A DNA stretch of 64,000 nucleotides from Octopus vulgaris (Eukaryota): the NCBI GenBank assembly GCA_951406725.2, contig OX597815.1:64728001-64792000 (forward strand). Reading direction: 5' to 3'. The notes below the pieces were generated by a model that saw only the letters and a program-made list of their open reading frames with translations, was not told where the DNA came from and did no database searches. The translations under genes were made by a program, and so were the position numbers. Shown here piece after piece: positions 26,201-41,745 of this stretch (position 1 is its first letter; each line of letters opens with the position of its first letter).

Positions 26201-27877
26201 ATCCTGTATATACATATACATATACAGATACACACTTATATACACATGCACATGCACATACATACACACACATATACATATATGTGTGTATGTATATACA
26301 TATGGGTATGTGTGTGTCTACGTATACATACGTGTGTCTACGTTCAAGTATATCAACACGAAGTAAAGTTCTCAATACAGATGTAGAGTTTAGTTAAGTA
26401 TTACAATACTGAAATTACGCTTTCTGATATCACTCGGACTCTCACGTAATATGTCGGTGATGACGTAACTAAATACTGGAGAGCAACGTACACTGCTTAT
26501 AACAAAAATGCTAAATACGCGCAATTGTTGAAATCGAAAATATGTTGTTTTGGGTAAAGTAAATGAAAAGACAAAGAAAGGGGAAAGGAGGAATGATGAA
26601 GAGAAAATATTATAGAAAATGCATGTTCGTATACATATATATTTTTTGAATGTTTGTTTTTCATATATTTTTACATACACATGTCAAAATGGGGCTATTA
26701 AGAAAATCAACAGTAAAAGAATACAGAAAAATTGCCGTGGGTAGATGGGTATCTAGTGCTCCGGACGGAGTATTTCTTTTGAGCAAGGATGACAGAAGAA
26801 CTGAGATGTGTGAAGTGCAACACTCCACGGCATTTTCACTGTAATGTTTTTGTCACTGTTTTCAAAACATGCCAAACTTGCTGACGCAGGCCCATCACCA
26901 ATCTCCCAGGATTCTGTTTCCTCTGTTATTAAATCTATAGCAAGTTTGATAATAATTATATAGCATTCACAGATTGGAGTACTTAATACTCAGAGCAGAG
27001 TTTGGCCTTAAGTTCCGCTGTGTGAATGATTCAACCAGTATGCTGGAATGAGTCCCCATAACACAAATATATTTACATTATTTTTACAAATGTATTTTTA
27101 TCTATTTCCTTAACATTTGTTTTCTTTTATTTGTTTATATAAAATTTTCTATATCAATGGCAGACCGTCCTTACCGTTTGAAAGTAGTTTGAACTCAAGA
27201 AAACTGTTACGTGATCAGCGACTCCGGCAAAACTAACAACGGTGACAACGAGTAATTATATATATATGGATCAAACAGTTTGATTCAACTTCCTTGGTAC
27301 TCCGAGTTTCAAGCGTGATACTAATCTTCAGCCACTGAAATTTGGATTCAAATTCCAGTAGCTGAAGATTAGCATATGTGTGTGTGAGCGTATATGTCTG
27401 TCTGTCTGTATATATATATATAAGTATATATGTATCCATATGTATGTATTGACACACACATACGTATATATAGGCAAGCCAAAAATAAAAACAAAAGCAA
27501 CTGTCAAAAGGACGTGCACAGCGAATGTATTGAGTTGACACTCAGCTTAAGATATAAAAAAGAACCGGTGAAAAGAGAGAGAGTGAGACGTTTTAAGCAT
27601 GGCTCTTCGTCAGAAAGGCGAAAGAAGGAAGATTCAGAGAGAAGGAAAAGGATAGTCCGAGAAAAGGACGTCTGTGGTTACATGGCTAAAGTAACCGTAA
27701 GTACATACATACACACACACGCGCACACGCAAGCACACACACATACATACATACATACATACATACATACATACATACATACATACATACATACACACAT
27801 ACATATACATACGCAATTGCATGCATTCATATATATATGCATGCATACATACATATATACATATACATATATACATA

Positions 27878-28252
27878 CTAGCAGTATCGCCCGGCGTTGC
27901 TCGGGTTTGCAAGGGAAATAACTATATAAGCATTTTTAGAGAGTTATAGCCAAAAAATGGAAAAAAAAATGATGGTAATTTTTTTTTTAATCGTTGACTC
28001 ATCGTAGACATTTTTAGAGAGTTACTTCCCTTATATAATAGCGAAAAAATGCATTAAAATGGAAAAAAATGATGGTAATTTTTTTTTTAATCGTAGACTC
28101 ATCATAGACGCGCGCTAATACCCAGAAGGGCTCGATATGAATCACGACTATAAGATACCCGGTTTTGGTTAAACTGCACCGCAAAATGTGGGAGTAGTTA
28201 GGAATCTAAATCGTAGGAGACAGACACACAACTTCACTTTTATATAAAAAGA
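27878..28252 (-). mobile_element. Non-autonomous Helitron-like element
   Basis: The minus strand begins A|TCTTTTTATATAAAAG and ends CCCG-AGCAACGC-CGGG..CTAG|T; homologous to 28701-29710. Confidence 0.7.
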
Positions 28253-28284
28253 TATATATATATATATTCCATTATTCGCTAACT

Positions 28285-28664
28285 TGTTTCAGTCATTTGA
28301 CTGCGGCCATGCTGGAGCACAGCCTTAATAGATTTTAATCGAACAAATCGACCTCAGGACTTATTCTTTGTAAGCCTAGTATTTCTCCTATCGGTATCTT
28401 TGTCCGAACCGTTAAGTTACGGGGACGTAAACACACCAACATAAGTTGTCAAGCGATGATGGGGGTGCACAAATAGACGAAAAAGATACACACACATAAT
28501 ATATATATACGACTGGCTTCTTTCAGTTTCCGTCTACCAAATTTCCTCACAAGTCTTTGGTCGGCTCGAGGTTATAGCAGAAGACACTTGCCCAAGATAT
28601 CATGCAGTCAGACTGAACCCGGAAAGTTTGAAAGCAAGCTTCTTACCACACAGCCACACCTGCA

Positions 28665-28665
<1 letters not shown>
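28285..28665 (-). mobile_element. SINE family A, near full length
   Basis: Reverse complement starts GCAGGTGTGGCTGTGTGGTAAGAAGCTTGCTT..GGGTTCAGTC (A/B boxes) and continues through the same body as 5869-6180. Confidence 0.8.
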
Positions 28666-28700
<35 letters not shown>

Positions 28701-28701
<1 letters not shown>

Positions 28702-29698
28702 TAGCAGTATCGCCCAGCGTTGCTCGGGTTTGTAAGGAAAATAACTATATAAGCATTTTTAGAGAGTTACTTCCCTTATAGATGCCAATTCGGGCTTTCT
28801 TAGCCATTTCTGTTTTGGTGTCTTCAAGCCATGAAGTCGTTGTTCTAAAAGAACGCTGGTCTCCTTGACAACACATTACAACGTTGATTTCTTTACACTC
28901 CCTTCCTCACAGCTTCACGAGGGAGGGAAGGGGAGAGCGCAAACAGGTGCAGCTGTGAGCGTGGACGCCAACTCCGCCGCCATCGACACACGAAAAATTA
29001 TGCATTAAAATGGAATAAAAAATGATGTTAAATTATTTTTAAAATCGTAGACTCATCGTTGACGCGCGCTAATAGCCAGACGGGCTCGATATGAATCACG
29101 ACTATAAGATACCCGAATTTGGTTAAACTGCACCGCAAAATGTGGGAGGAGTTAGGACTCTAAATCGAAGGGGACAGACACTCACACAACTAGAGTTTTA
29201 TACATATACTAGCAGTATCGCCCGGCGTTGCTCGGGTTTGTAAGGGAAATAACTATATAAGCATTTTTAGAGAGTTACTTCCCTTATAAATTCGGGCTTT
29301 CTTAGCCATTTCTGTTTTGGTGTCTTCAAGCCATGAAGTCGTTGTTCTAAAAGAACGCTGGTTTCCTTCACAACGCATTACGACGTTGATTTCTTTACAC
29401 TCCCTTCCCCACAGCTTCACGAGGGAGGGATGGGGGAGAAGCAAACAGGTGCAGCTGTGAGCGTGGACGCCAACTCCGCCGCCATCGACATACGATGCAT
29501 TTTATGCATTAAAATGGAATAAAAAATGATGTTAAATTATTTTTAAAATCGTAGACTCATCGTTGACGCGCGCTAATAGTCAGACGGGCTCGATATGAAT
29601 CACGACTATAAGATACCCGAATTTGGTTAAACTGCACCGCAAAATGTGGGAATAGTTAGGAATCTAAATCGAAGGGGACAGACACTCACACAACTAGA

Positions 29699-29710
<12 letters not shown>
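28701..29710 (-). mobile_element. Head-to-tail dimer of a ~500-bp Helitron-like element
   Basis: Units start CTAGCAGTATCGCCC at 28701 and 29209, are highly similar and are flanked by (TA)n; 3' hairpin plus CTAG on the minus strand. Confidence 0.75.
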
Positions 29711-29737
<27 letters not shown>

Positions 29738-29870
29738 TTAGCTGCCCATCACTGCCAATACCATTCTTTAAATCTTTGAATTGTTTCAGCTTCAAAGCTG
29801 CGGTCATGCTGGGGCACCACCGTTTGAATAATGTTAAAGAATAATATATGTATGCGTGCATGTATGTATG

Positions 29871-29902
<32 letters not shown>

Positions 29903-30770
29903 TGTATGTATGTATGTATGTATGTATGTATGTACGCTCCTCTTATTCTTTTACCCTCATTCTTCGTCATTTCTTCCTATTACCTTCAGCCCACCTCTTA
30001 CATTTCTTATTCTCAATGCCGTAACCTTTCTCCTATGTGTGTCTGTGTATCTGTGATGTGTGTTCTTCAGGGTGAGTAGCTTGTCTGCCGGTGTATGCAT
30101 ATGTGTGCGTGTGTCTATATATATACACCCCACACACACACGTACACACGAGGTAATGTAAGTGAGAATGAGCGTGGGAGTATGTGTGTTGAGTTACCGT
30201 GTATATAAAAGATTGTATGGGAAGTATTTTGTATATAAATGTATATCCATGTGTACATGTATTTGTATGTGTGCAAATTTCAGTATTGCATGTGTGTGTA
30301 TAGGTGCGTAATGTATTATGACAGTGTGTTTGTATGTATGTCGAAATTTGTGAATACGTATGCATGGATGTATGTATGTATGTATGTATGTATGTATGTA
30401 TGTATGTATGTATGTATGCAACTGTAATTCTCATTTGTGAATACGTTCAAGTGAGTCAGTATTGGCTTCTATGCGTATGTATGTGTAAAGGCGAGTATGT
30501 TCTATGCATATCGATGTGTGTGTGCGTATTTGCGTGTTTGCATGCTTGTGTGTATCTGTGAGGGGAGGCTGAGGTAGCATGTGAAAGGAGGGTGTAAGAG
30601 AGGGCAAAAATGTGCGTCAATGTGGAGACGTATGTGGGAATGCCTATATATATGCACAAGTGGATGTGCACATGTGTATGCAGAAGATATACTTACATAC
30701 ACATACACAGACATATATATGCACATGCATACATATACATATATATATATATATATATATTTATACATAC

Positions 30771-30819
<49 letters not shown>

Positions 30820-31117
30820 TAGATAGATATATATATACATATATATGTATATATATATATATAGATATATGTGAATATATATATGTGTGCGTGTGTATGT
30901 ACATATATATATGAATTTATATCGATATACATTTACATACATACATGCAGACACCACTTATACATATATATGTGAGTATATATGCATTTACATGTATAAG
31001 TATATGTATTCGTATATACAAACACGTATACATTTGGATACATATGTAAATGCCTCTGTATATGTATGTGCATGTGTTTTCTGTGTGTGTGTATTTGTGT
31101 GTGTTTGTGTGTGTGTT

Positions 31118-31149
<32 letters not shown>

Positions 31150-31616
31150 CGTGTATGTGTGTGTGTAAAGGAGTGTGGTGTTCTTACAGTAAAGATTACA
31201 AACGGAAGGTAACATCATGCGTGACTAAATTAATCGCCAACGCGATAGCGAACCGATTCTGGTGTGAACAGCAATGTTGCATGCGATGCACTCTCCTGCC
31301 CATTGTCTCCCTCTTAGCTGCGCAATAACAACATCATTGATTACGCATGCGCGTTCTTGTCTATATTTCTTGTTTTGATATGGAACAAACTTACAGCAAA
31401 CACACGCAACGATCATCCAAAAATTTCTGGCTATTTTTCTTCGTTTCTTTTCTTTTAAAGCTTTTCTTTTCTACTTTTTATACACTTTTCTTCTGTCTTT
31501 ATTTCTCATAAACACATATAAAATAACAAGAGTAAGGACATAGATATGTATGTTTATATAGGTGTATATATATAGATACATAGACAGATAGATAGATCGA
31601 TAGATAGATAGACAGG

Positions 31617-31697
<81 letters not shown>

Positions 31698-32182
31698 TTA
31701 TATAATACAGATTCATTCACACACATACACACATACATATATATGTATGTATGTATGTATATATGTATGCATATATGTATGCATGTATGTATGTATGCAT
31801 GCAAGCATGCATGTATGTATGTATGTATGTATGTATGTATGTATGTATGTATGCACGGGTGAGTTGACAAACCAAAGAAAAGGGGAGCTCAGCATACTTA
31901 GTATATAATTATTTGAAACAGTTTGGTTTGGCTCTATGTTACTTAGAGTTTCATAGGCTTCTTGCGGAGGCCTAGCTCCTCGGATTCAGTAAACTGATTC
32001 GGTTAACTGTGCCTCACAAGCTAGAGGTGAATCAGTTGCTGCATGGAAAGAAGCTTACTTCACAATCACATGGCCCTGGGTTCAGTCCCACTGCGTGGCA
32101 CCTTCGGCAAGTGTCTTCTAATGTAGCCTCAAGTGGATTTGGCATATGGAAACTGAAAGAAGCCCGTCAAATGTGTATGTGT

Positions 32183-32334
<152 letters not shown>

Positions 32335-34527
32335 ATTGTATACCATGAACAATTATAGTTCTTAAATTTGACAGGAAAATAGAGCCTGATTCGTTGGTGC
32401 AAAGGAAATACACTTAGTCGCGTTAACACAGGGATGTGGGTTCGTCTCCCAGCGGATAGGAAAGCCTTCTATTTTCTGTCAAGGGTTTATGTACCCCTTT
32501 ATTTAGACTATTTTCCGTAGTCATTGCAAGGTGATCGCTTTAAACTCATATAAAAAAAAAATACCATTATTATTATTTGCAGGATTGTAAAAACGGCACC
32601 GTATAAAAAAACCATTCGCACCGAAAGCATATATATACAGGTCGAAATCTATATAGAGAACACCATTCTCTAATCTATATATATATACACCAAGGTATGA
32701 ATGTATGTGTATATATTCATACATCTTTTATCTTTTACTTATTTCAGTATTAGACTGCGGCCACGCTGAGACACTCGATTCTATTACCATTTTTTAAGCC
32801 TGGTACTTATTCTATTGAAGTCTTTTTGCCGAACCACTAAGTTATGGGGACCAACCCCAATTGTCAAGCTGAGGTGGGGACGAAGAAAAGCACAAACACA
32901 TAGATACATACATGAGTGTGTGTGTGTGTTGTTGTTGAAACTTTTGTCAACCAGTAAAATGCGGGGTATCTTTTACTGCACCCTGTGGATTTACTGTTGC
33001 TTGTTAGAGTTTTCTCTTGTGAATTCTGCTAAATCTTTGTAATTAAGTTAATCACTCATAAATTAACTTGTTCACTTTTAGGGAAGAAGAGACAATATCA
33101 AATAAATTAATTCTAATATATATTATTAGCATTACATCGATTTCCTTGAGAGAAAAGTTGATCGCGATAGCATTTTAACGTAGTTGCTGAAGGAACGAAA
33201 CTAGATATTTTAAACCCTTATGTCCAAGGTTCTAATCTTTTTACCAAATTCACTTCAGGTATTAAAATTCCTCAATAACTCCAACACATACTTTAGCTTC
33301 ATTCAGCTCATTACTACTTCTATAAACAGACGATAACGACCAAGATTTGTAAATGGCTGATGCAAAACAGAAACGAGTTCAATAATTTACTGCCTCTTGG
33401 TGCCATTGCAGTTGACCTCGCTTTTCTTATTACCACCCAACATAATTAAGTAATAAACAGAGCAGTAAAATGATGTCGATACAATCGATTATATTTTCTC
33501 CCTGACAACAATCGACCTTGTGACGAAGACAAAAATTTATGTTTGTATAAATTAGAGCTACACTCGCCATTCTTAATCCGCTGAGAAATGCAGATTGAAA
33601 TATGGCGGACAGTAAAATACTAAAGCAGCCACGTCGCCAACAATAACAACAACATCAAATACTAGTTGTGATAGTTAACTATTATCATAAACTGTGACTG
33701 GTAGCGAATCTAGATACGTGTAAAGGTGGATTTCACATAAAATATCTGGAATAAATGAAAAGGAGTGTTAGATCTGATCTTATGTTGACCTTACTTGGAA
33801 AAGAAAGAAAGGTTAGAAAAATATTTTGAAATGTAATTTGGAGCTTCTGTAAAGGAAACAAATTGGAGAAAAAACTGTTTCGTATGTCGAGATAAGAAAC
33901 TGTAATGTACAGATATGAAAATAAGGAAAACCAAATGAATAGTAATTGGTATTTAGATATATTTGTTTATTGAGAAATATCATTCTTCCAAAATATGACA
34001 ATGTTGAAAAAAATATGGTATTACATATGCTAGGTAAAAAATATATCAGAGCAAATATGTATGTTTGACACTCAACAGCGGTGATCACGTTACAAATATT
34101 AAAAGATTTTCTTTGCTATCTACAGATAGATGTATGCTGCATCTTTAACCTTGCTACTAGTGGAATGGAAGTCTGATTTAGTTGCTGGTGATCAAAATGG
34201 GAAATGAGATGTATTCAGTATGCGGACACATTTTATCCAAGCAACTTAATATTATTCCGTTTAATTTTTATGGTGTAATGATACTAATATCACTAGCATC
34301 TCACTCTCGAGGTTACCTGACCACTTTGAAACATTTAAGCGACAAGAGTGTCTCTTAAAAGATCCAAACTAGCATCAAATACTGTTACATGTCACTCACA
34401 AGGAATGTAAGTTCTGCGCACTTAAATGACAAAAATGACTTTTCCCCACTGACTATATATATTTTTTGTATATGTGTGGGATTGTGCGTGTGTATGAGAG
34501 GGAGAGAAAGTGTGTGTGTGTATGTGT

Positions 34528-34605
<78 letters not shown>

Positions 34606-35749
34606 ATCATTCAAGAGAGTCAACGAAGATTGAAAGCGGAGAAAACCGAAAACCGGTGCATTTCAAAGAGAGTCTCTCCTAAAACATTTTTTCAATATGA
34701 TTAAATGTTACTAACTTTATTATGTCATGAATTTTTGGAAGACATTTTAGAATCGGAATTAGTTTTAATCCACTGGAACCTCTTTGTGCACACTAATTCA
34801 GTCTTCAAAATCATTTCGTATGGGTTCAGCCTTCATGGATATTCTATCTGCGACGTCTTCACTTCGAGATTGTTCTACAGAGTATTTTCATAGTTGTTTA
34901 ATCCAGATTAACAGGGTTTTTTAATCACTGAATCGATTCTTAGCTCTAGCCTGTAGTACGAAATACTCCTCCAGACATAACTATTCGACCTAGATAAGAT
35001 AGATCTATCACTGTTACCTCTGGTTTAAAAAAAATGCCCACCCCCAGTGAATGCTGCATTGGACTGATTAAACTGACACCGGCTGTTTCAGATGATGAGT
35101 GTCAGAACAATGATTTTGTCTACTATCAGAGCCAGTCTTAGAAGCATTTTAATAATCATATTCAAATTTAACTATACACTTTTTAAATTGGTGAAAGTCG
35201 GTGCTATCTGTATTGGAATTAATGTACATTGCAAACATTCTTATGTTGTGGTGGGACGGATAGATAAGGCAAAATACACTACTTTTTAATATAAGTATAC
35301 CACTGCACTCTGAAGAGAGTAGTTGCAGAAAATATAAGATAGCTGAAGCCCGTATGTGGAACGATAACAAAATGTTTGTTCGCATAATAAAAGATTCCGT
35401 ATCCAAAAGGGAATGGCAAATAGATTAAAGAAAATTTTCCGAGAAACTAATCTGAGTGTTTAAAATCGTGGGAAAATGTGTTGAAACTTCAGAATGATCA
35501 TCTGTATATCCTCCCATAAGTCAGCATATGTATTTCAAACCAAGAATTATAATATATCATATAAATTTCCAAGAATTCGGTGCATATCTCATCGAATTTT
35601 ATATAGGACGACTTCAAACTTAGGTGGAAGACTCTATGAACATTGAAATAATAATACGTCAAGAGAACCTGTTAGTAAAATCATAGTTGTTTAAAAGTTT
35701 GTTGTGTTCCTACTCATAAATGCAACAAACTTTCAACACTCATAATGTT

Positions 35750-36190
35750 AAGAACATCTTTTCTTGCCTGTATTTGTGTAAGGAAAGAGTGAAAACTTTA
35801 CATCCGTCTCCCAGTATACTTGCAAATTCATTAACCAGGAATCTGTATTCTCCACTAACAAAGCATTCTCAATAAAGAACACCTCAGACATCAATGGGTC
35901 ACGAAATAGCACGTTTTGCCATATATTATAGATATTAAAATCCTGCCGTAGAAAAAATACCGGACTGTGCTGTCTTTGATGCACTATTAACTGAATAATA
36001 TCAGTTGGTCGAAAGTTGGCCGGATTGGTTGAAAGTGGAATATTTTTGATCATAGGTCTGATCAATCAGAGTTGACCTATAGTTAACCAACAACAGCATT
36101 ATCTTTGCAAAGAACTCATTAATAGCCATCTTTGCCAACACAACAGTTCTTTCATCAACACCATCAAGAAAATTCAACAATTTCAAAGTA
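35750..36190 (-). pseudogene. Possible decayed Penelope-like RT/GIY-YIG fragment
   Basis: Fragmentary FLDG/V.. and downstream motifs suggest a PLE RT thumb; heavily frameshifted, so support is weak. Confidence 0.3.
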
Positions 36191-36616
36191 CATTTGGGAA
36201 TCGTGAGTCAGATAAGAGACCAGGAGTATCCCGTGTGCGGTGTTAGATAAGGGACTGTCATGTAGCCTCTACTTCCCAGAGTGACTCCACATCAGCTACC
36301 AAATACCAATATGAAAATGTTTATTTTATTAGAGGAAAGGAGCTAAATTCCTCTTGCCAAAACATAATGAAATTCTTCCTTTGCGTATGGTCTTCTTTTC
36401 CGATGCGTATGGTCAACCGACCAAATGAAATCGGAGTTCTGAGATGTAATCCCTATTTATCTTACGCAAATTTACTTATATATGATTCTACACATTTTCA
36501 ACAGCAAGTTGCTCTGAGGATTAAGGGTTATTGTTTTTGTTACCACAAAATACACAATTATACTAATGTTTGTGTAGAATATATGTATGTATACACACAC
36601 ACATATATATATATAT

Positions 36617-36716
<100 letters not shown>

Positions 36717-39662
36717 GTATATGCATACATGTGTGTGTATGTATGATATATACACATATATATGTATACGTATATGCATATATATGCATATAAAATATGT
36801 GCAAATATATACATTCATAAACATATATATATACATATAGATGTATATGTGCATGTGTATATGCATATATATATGCATATATATATAAGTATACATATGC
36901 ATATATATCTGCTTATCTATGCGAGTGAATGTGTGTGTTTGTGTCTGCGTTCGTGTGCAATAGATGTGTGAGAGGGTAAGCATGTGCACATGCACGCAAA
37001 GATAGTCACACACAACAGTATTTAGGTTGTAATAAAATATTTCTGGCGACTTGTTGCTAGAATTGGCGCGTCACTGTATTCTACGCATTGTAGACATGTG
37101 TGTGTGTGTGTATGTGTGTGTGTGTGTGAGACACCTTTGTGGCCAGCCGACCGACGAGGCTCGTTCAATAATCACGTCGTGTTTTATAACTCCGGAAATG
37201 GTCTGTCCTCTTTCTGTGGAACTTTCTGTTGTTCTCAGTTAATTATATGGTTTTGTGCATCGCTGCTCTTCAATGCATCACTAGGTAGAGGCAAGGCCTA
37301 ACGACTGCTGGGTGACGGCGGAAGACGTTGGTGTCGTGATGCAAGAAGCTGAGGGGAGAGGAAGGGCGTCGTGGTGGTGGTGGTGGTGGTGGTGGTGGCG
37401 GCATCGTCGGTAGTGGTGCTGGTGGTGTCGGCGGCGGCGTTGGTAGTGATGGTGGAGGAGGTGCTTCACCATATTGGTGGTGGGGTTGGTGGCGATGGTG
37501 GTCATGGTGAAGGAGGTCCTTCATCCTAATGGTGATGGTGGTGGTGTGATGGTTCGTCGTTGTTGTGGTGTTGGTTGTGGTGGTGATGGTGATGGTTTGT
37601 AGAAATGGTGATTGTAGTGGTGGTGGTGGTGGTTCGTCGTTGTAGTGTCGGTAGCGATGGTGATGGTTTCTCGTAACGGTGGTAGTAGTGTTGATAGTGG
37701 TGATGGTGGTAGTGATGATTTATCATTGTAGTGGTGATAATGATGGCGATGGTGGGGGTGGTGGGGTGGGGGCAGTCTTGGTTAGTAGAAGGAAAGAAAG
37801 TCGCAACTTTCGGCTGAAAAGATTGTCGAGGACTTTGAATGGGAGGGAGAGGGGATGTCATATGGGGGTGGGAGGGACGAGAAAGAAGATAAGAAATATT
37901 GGCTGGTTAGCTGGCTTGCTGGAAGGCTGGCTGGTTAGTTGGCTGGTATAGCAAATTGGTCGGTCGGTCGGTCGACTGGCTGGTTGGTCGGGTGGTCGGT
38001 TAGTCGGTTGGTTGGGTGGCTGGTTGGTCGGGTGGTTGGTTAGTCGGCTGGCTGGCTGGTTGGTTGGTTGGTTAATATTAGCAATGAATTGTTTGGCGTT
38101 TGTTATTGTGGTTGTTGTTATGATGTAAGTGTGGAAGCACCGGATTATTACCGGTTGACGATGTGGTATAAATTTCAAGGAGAACTGAATGTAGTAAAAG
38201 ACTTGAGATGAGTAGGGTGAGAGGCAGAATATGGTGGTAGAGGTGGTGGGAGAAAGGTTTGGCGGGAAAAGGCGAAACAAAAGGAAGCAGCGATGTTTGA
38301 TGTTTGTGTTTTGGATTTGGTTAATTTAGATGTTGTTTAGTATCAGGTCAGTTTTTATTGAGCAGGCATTTGATCTTTAGCTTTACAACCGTGACAATCC
38401 CATCTGTTTGCAATATCTATGATTTTAGGGTTTAATATATCATTCTTCGCTTAAGATGCTATGAGGGGAGGGGTTCTAGATGCTATTTACAATTAGAGTA
38501 ACCATATAGAATATTTTTGCAAATGTCTATGCTTTTTGGCTACTTGAGATAAGGTTAAGCAACTGTCGTACGCATGGCATCTATTGAGCCAGAAACACGT
38601 CTACGACTATCTTATCTCCAGACAATTAATCTGCCCGTTTTCTTGAAGGCATGTCAACTTGAATTATTGATGTCATATCCCCTTCTCAAGTGGAGCTGTT
38701 CTCAAATGCCATTTGGTTATTGACACACATCCTCAAGAAGTGAGGAGGATTTTAAAAAACCAATAATTTGTTTTATGATACTCGATACACCTTCTTTTGT
38801 CTATGTAGAATAACCTTCGTTGGTTTGACTCTACAACAGCTCTTCCCTTCTTTCACTCTCTGTCTTTCTCTCAATCAACTTGCTCCCTTTTCTTCTTTTC
38901 CTGTTTCTAAAGCTTCCCATTTTTTTAACTGAACGTTCGACTGGTCTGTCGATCTTTTTCCAGCCCTGGTTTCGTCTAAATTTTTTTAAAAATCCTTTTG
39001 TCAAGGCTGAATGATATGCTCTTTGTCTTCCTTGGCGTGCGACTTCCTTCTTTCTTTATGCTTATCTTTCTGCTGCTTTATCTGCCTTACGTTTCCGGCG
39101 GATTCAAACATGAATAAGCTAATCGCTGTTGTATTTCGTCGGCGGAGAGCAACTACTCTTCTCAGGCGTTTTGCGTTCACAAAACACTCGATTCATCCAT
39201 ATGAGGGCAATCCTTCACTCATATTTAAGCTCAGTAATCAGGGGGTAGCCTTGACGGAAAAGACATAATCAGGTCGAAACACTTCAGTGTCTTATGGTAC
39301 CCTTGTATCAATGAAATGAGTGTGCTGCGAAGGAAAGTATTCATCGAAGACGAAATACATAGATTAGTATATTCACGTTCGAATCTGTCGGAATGTATTT
39401 AGAAAAAATGGAAATATCTTTTAAACCAACCTTGTTGTATAATTCAAGTAAGGGACAGACATTTAAAAATATTCAAGGATAGAAAAATATCCGAAATGAA
39501 AATTAATTTCATTAAGTAAACCTGGAAAAATGAGAATTATATGTGCGTGTGCGCGCGAGTGTGTGTGCGCGTGTGTGTGCGCGCGTGTGTGTGCGCGCGT
39601 GTGTGTGTGCGCGCGCGTGTGTGTGTGTGTGTGTGCAAGCATACATGCATGCATGTAAATAC

Positions 39663-41505
39663 TTCTTCTTCTTCTTCTTACAGCATTCACCCGGGGTGGG
39701 TTGAGCTGGCTTCATTCATCCTCAATACTGCATCTCTCACAAACGCCGACCAGGCCTGGCGATTTGAGGCTAACGACCGCGTGGTCTCCAACCATTCCTT
39801 ATTCCAGCGGCGAACGCCGTAGATATGGGGGCCTAGGGTGGGTTCCAGATCAGCCTTGACTGTCATCAGCCAGGTTTTTCGTTGTCCACCACATCGCTTT
39901 CGCCAACCCTGAAGGGGAGCTGGGGCAATTGCTTCGTAGATGAATTCTCCTGGTTGACGACGGAGGGCATGACCCAGCCAACGCAGACGTCTCGTTAGGA
40001 TGACTTGTCGGAGGGTGGTGATTTTGCACTGGTGTCACACCGAATTGTTGGAGACAAAGTGATGTCATCGGACACGAAGGATGCGGCGTAGACAGAGGTG
40101 ATCGAAGGATTCTAGTCGCTTAATATCTTCCACCCACATTGGCCATGACTCGCTGCCGTAAAGGAGAATCGTTCGCACTAGTGCTTGGTAGATCCGTACT
40201 CTAGTGGTGCGTCGGATCTCAGATCTTGACCAGAGTCGTGCACTGAGTCGGTTGAAGGCTTGGCGAGCGAGGTCGATTCGTGTTTTAATGTCAGCCTCGA
40301 ATGCAGCCGCAAAATCAACAAAGCAGATGACTGTCTTTTGCTAAAAGCACTAACGGTGTTCGAGGATTCGTGTTAGGGTGAAGATTTGATCGGTGCAGCC
40401 TCGATTTCGACGGAAACCACACTGGTTTGGTCTTGTTCTAGAGTCACGTTCTGATTGGAATCGTCTCAGAAGAATAGATGCAAATATTTTGGCAGAAACG
40501 TCAATCAGACTGATGCCACGGTAGTTGCTGCAGCAGCGTTTATCGCCTTTCTTAAAGAAAGGTACCAGCGCTGCGTCGCTCCAGTCTTGGGGGAGGTTTT
40601 CCGTATCCCAAACCCGGGTGATAACTTGATGAATCGTGAGCCCCAGTATATTTGCACTATGCTTGAGGATCTCAGCAGGAATGTTATCTTCGCCGGCAGC
40701 TTTGTTATTTTTGAGCTTTCTGATAACAGCAAGGACCTCTTCGAGCGTCCTTGATTGTCGAGTGTTCAGAGGCGCAGAAACCGGCAGCGTACATGGTTCC
40801 GATCATATATTAGGACGGGCAAAACTACGTCTTCATCTCAAGGCCGTCAAGTCTTGCCCTAAGCCTTTAAGATACGATATCTCGAAGCTAAAAAGTAACC
40901 AGACCGAACATTTATTCCGTATTGAATTAACAAATCGGTTTAACGGGCTCGAAGTCCCTCAATCTGCTTACTCAGATGAAGTCTGGCAAACGGTCAAACA
41001 CAATATTCAATCCGTGATGTCCACAACACTCGGCACTACTAAGCGAAAAGACAAAGATTGGATCTCGGGCCAAAGAATCGAAGTTGCTGAAAAAGCGAAA
41101 CAAGCTCGATGCAACCAATCCGATACCTTCAGACAACTGCGCCGTGAAGCTGCCCGTTCTGCCCGCGCTGATCGAAATAAATTCTGGAGGACGGTGGCTG
41201 AAGACATGGAATGTGCCGCATCTACTGGGGACTCCCGTAAGCTCTGCAGCCTCCTTCGATCGAGCAGAAAGACAGGCTGGAGTGGTAACGAAACTATTTT
41301 GGACCAGAATGGCGATCACATCACCAATCTCACTGAACGCATCATCCGCTGGAGAAACCATTTCACCAATCTGCTGAACCATGACCACCAGCCTCCCTTA
41401 TCTGCTCCTGCGATCGACGCGACCCCAGCCTTGTATAACTGCCAAACAGCTCCCACTACGCTTGAAGAGGTCCTTGCTGTTATCAGAAAGCTCAAAAATA
41501 ACAAA
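39663..41505. pseudogene. RTE-clade LINE copy with 5' inversion and internal deletion
   Basis: The minus part (39663-40748) has a (GAA)n tail, QCGFRRNRGCTDQIFTL, VICFVDFAAAF and IYQALVRTILLYGSESW. The plus part (40749-41505) has endonuclease C-terminus/linker motifs GSDHIL, RWRNHFTNLLN and LKNNK. Confidence 0.8.
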
Positions 41506-41676
41506 AAACAAGCTGATGCATGTATGTATGTATGTATGTATGTATGTATGTATGTATGTTTGCATGTATAATGTACAGGGATAGGACAAAATAATGGAAA
41601 CAGCACTTTTAGTTAATTATTATTTTCTATTGACAATATGACAAATACATAACTGTTCTTGCTTGTGTGTGTGTGT

Positions 41677-41745
<69 letters not shown>

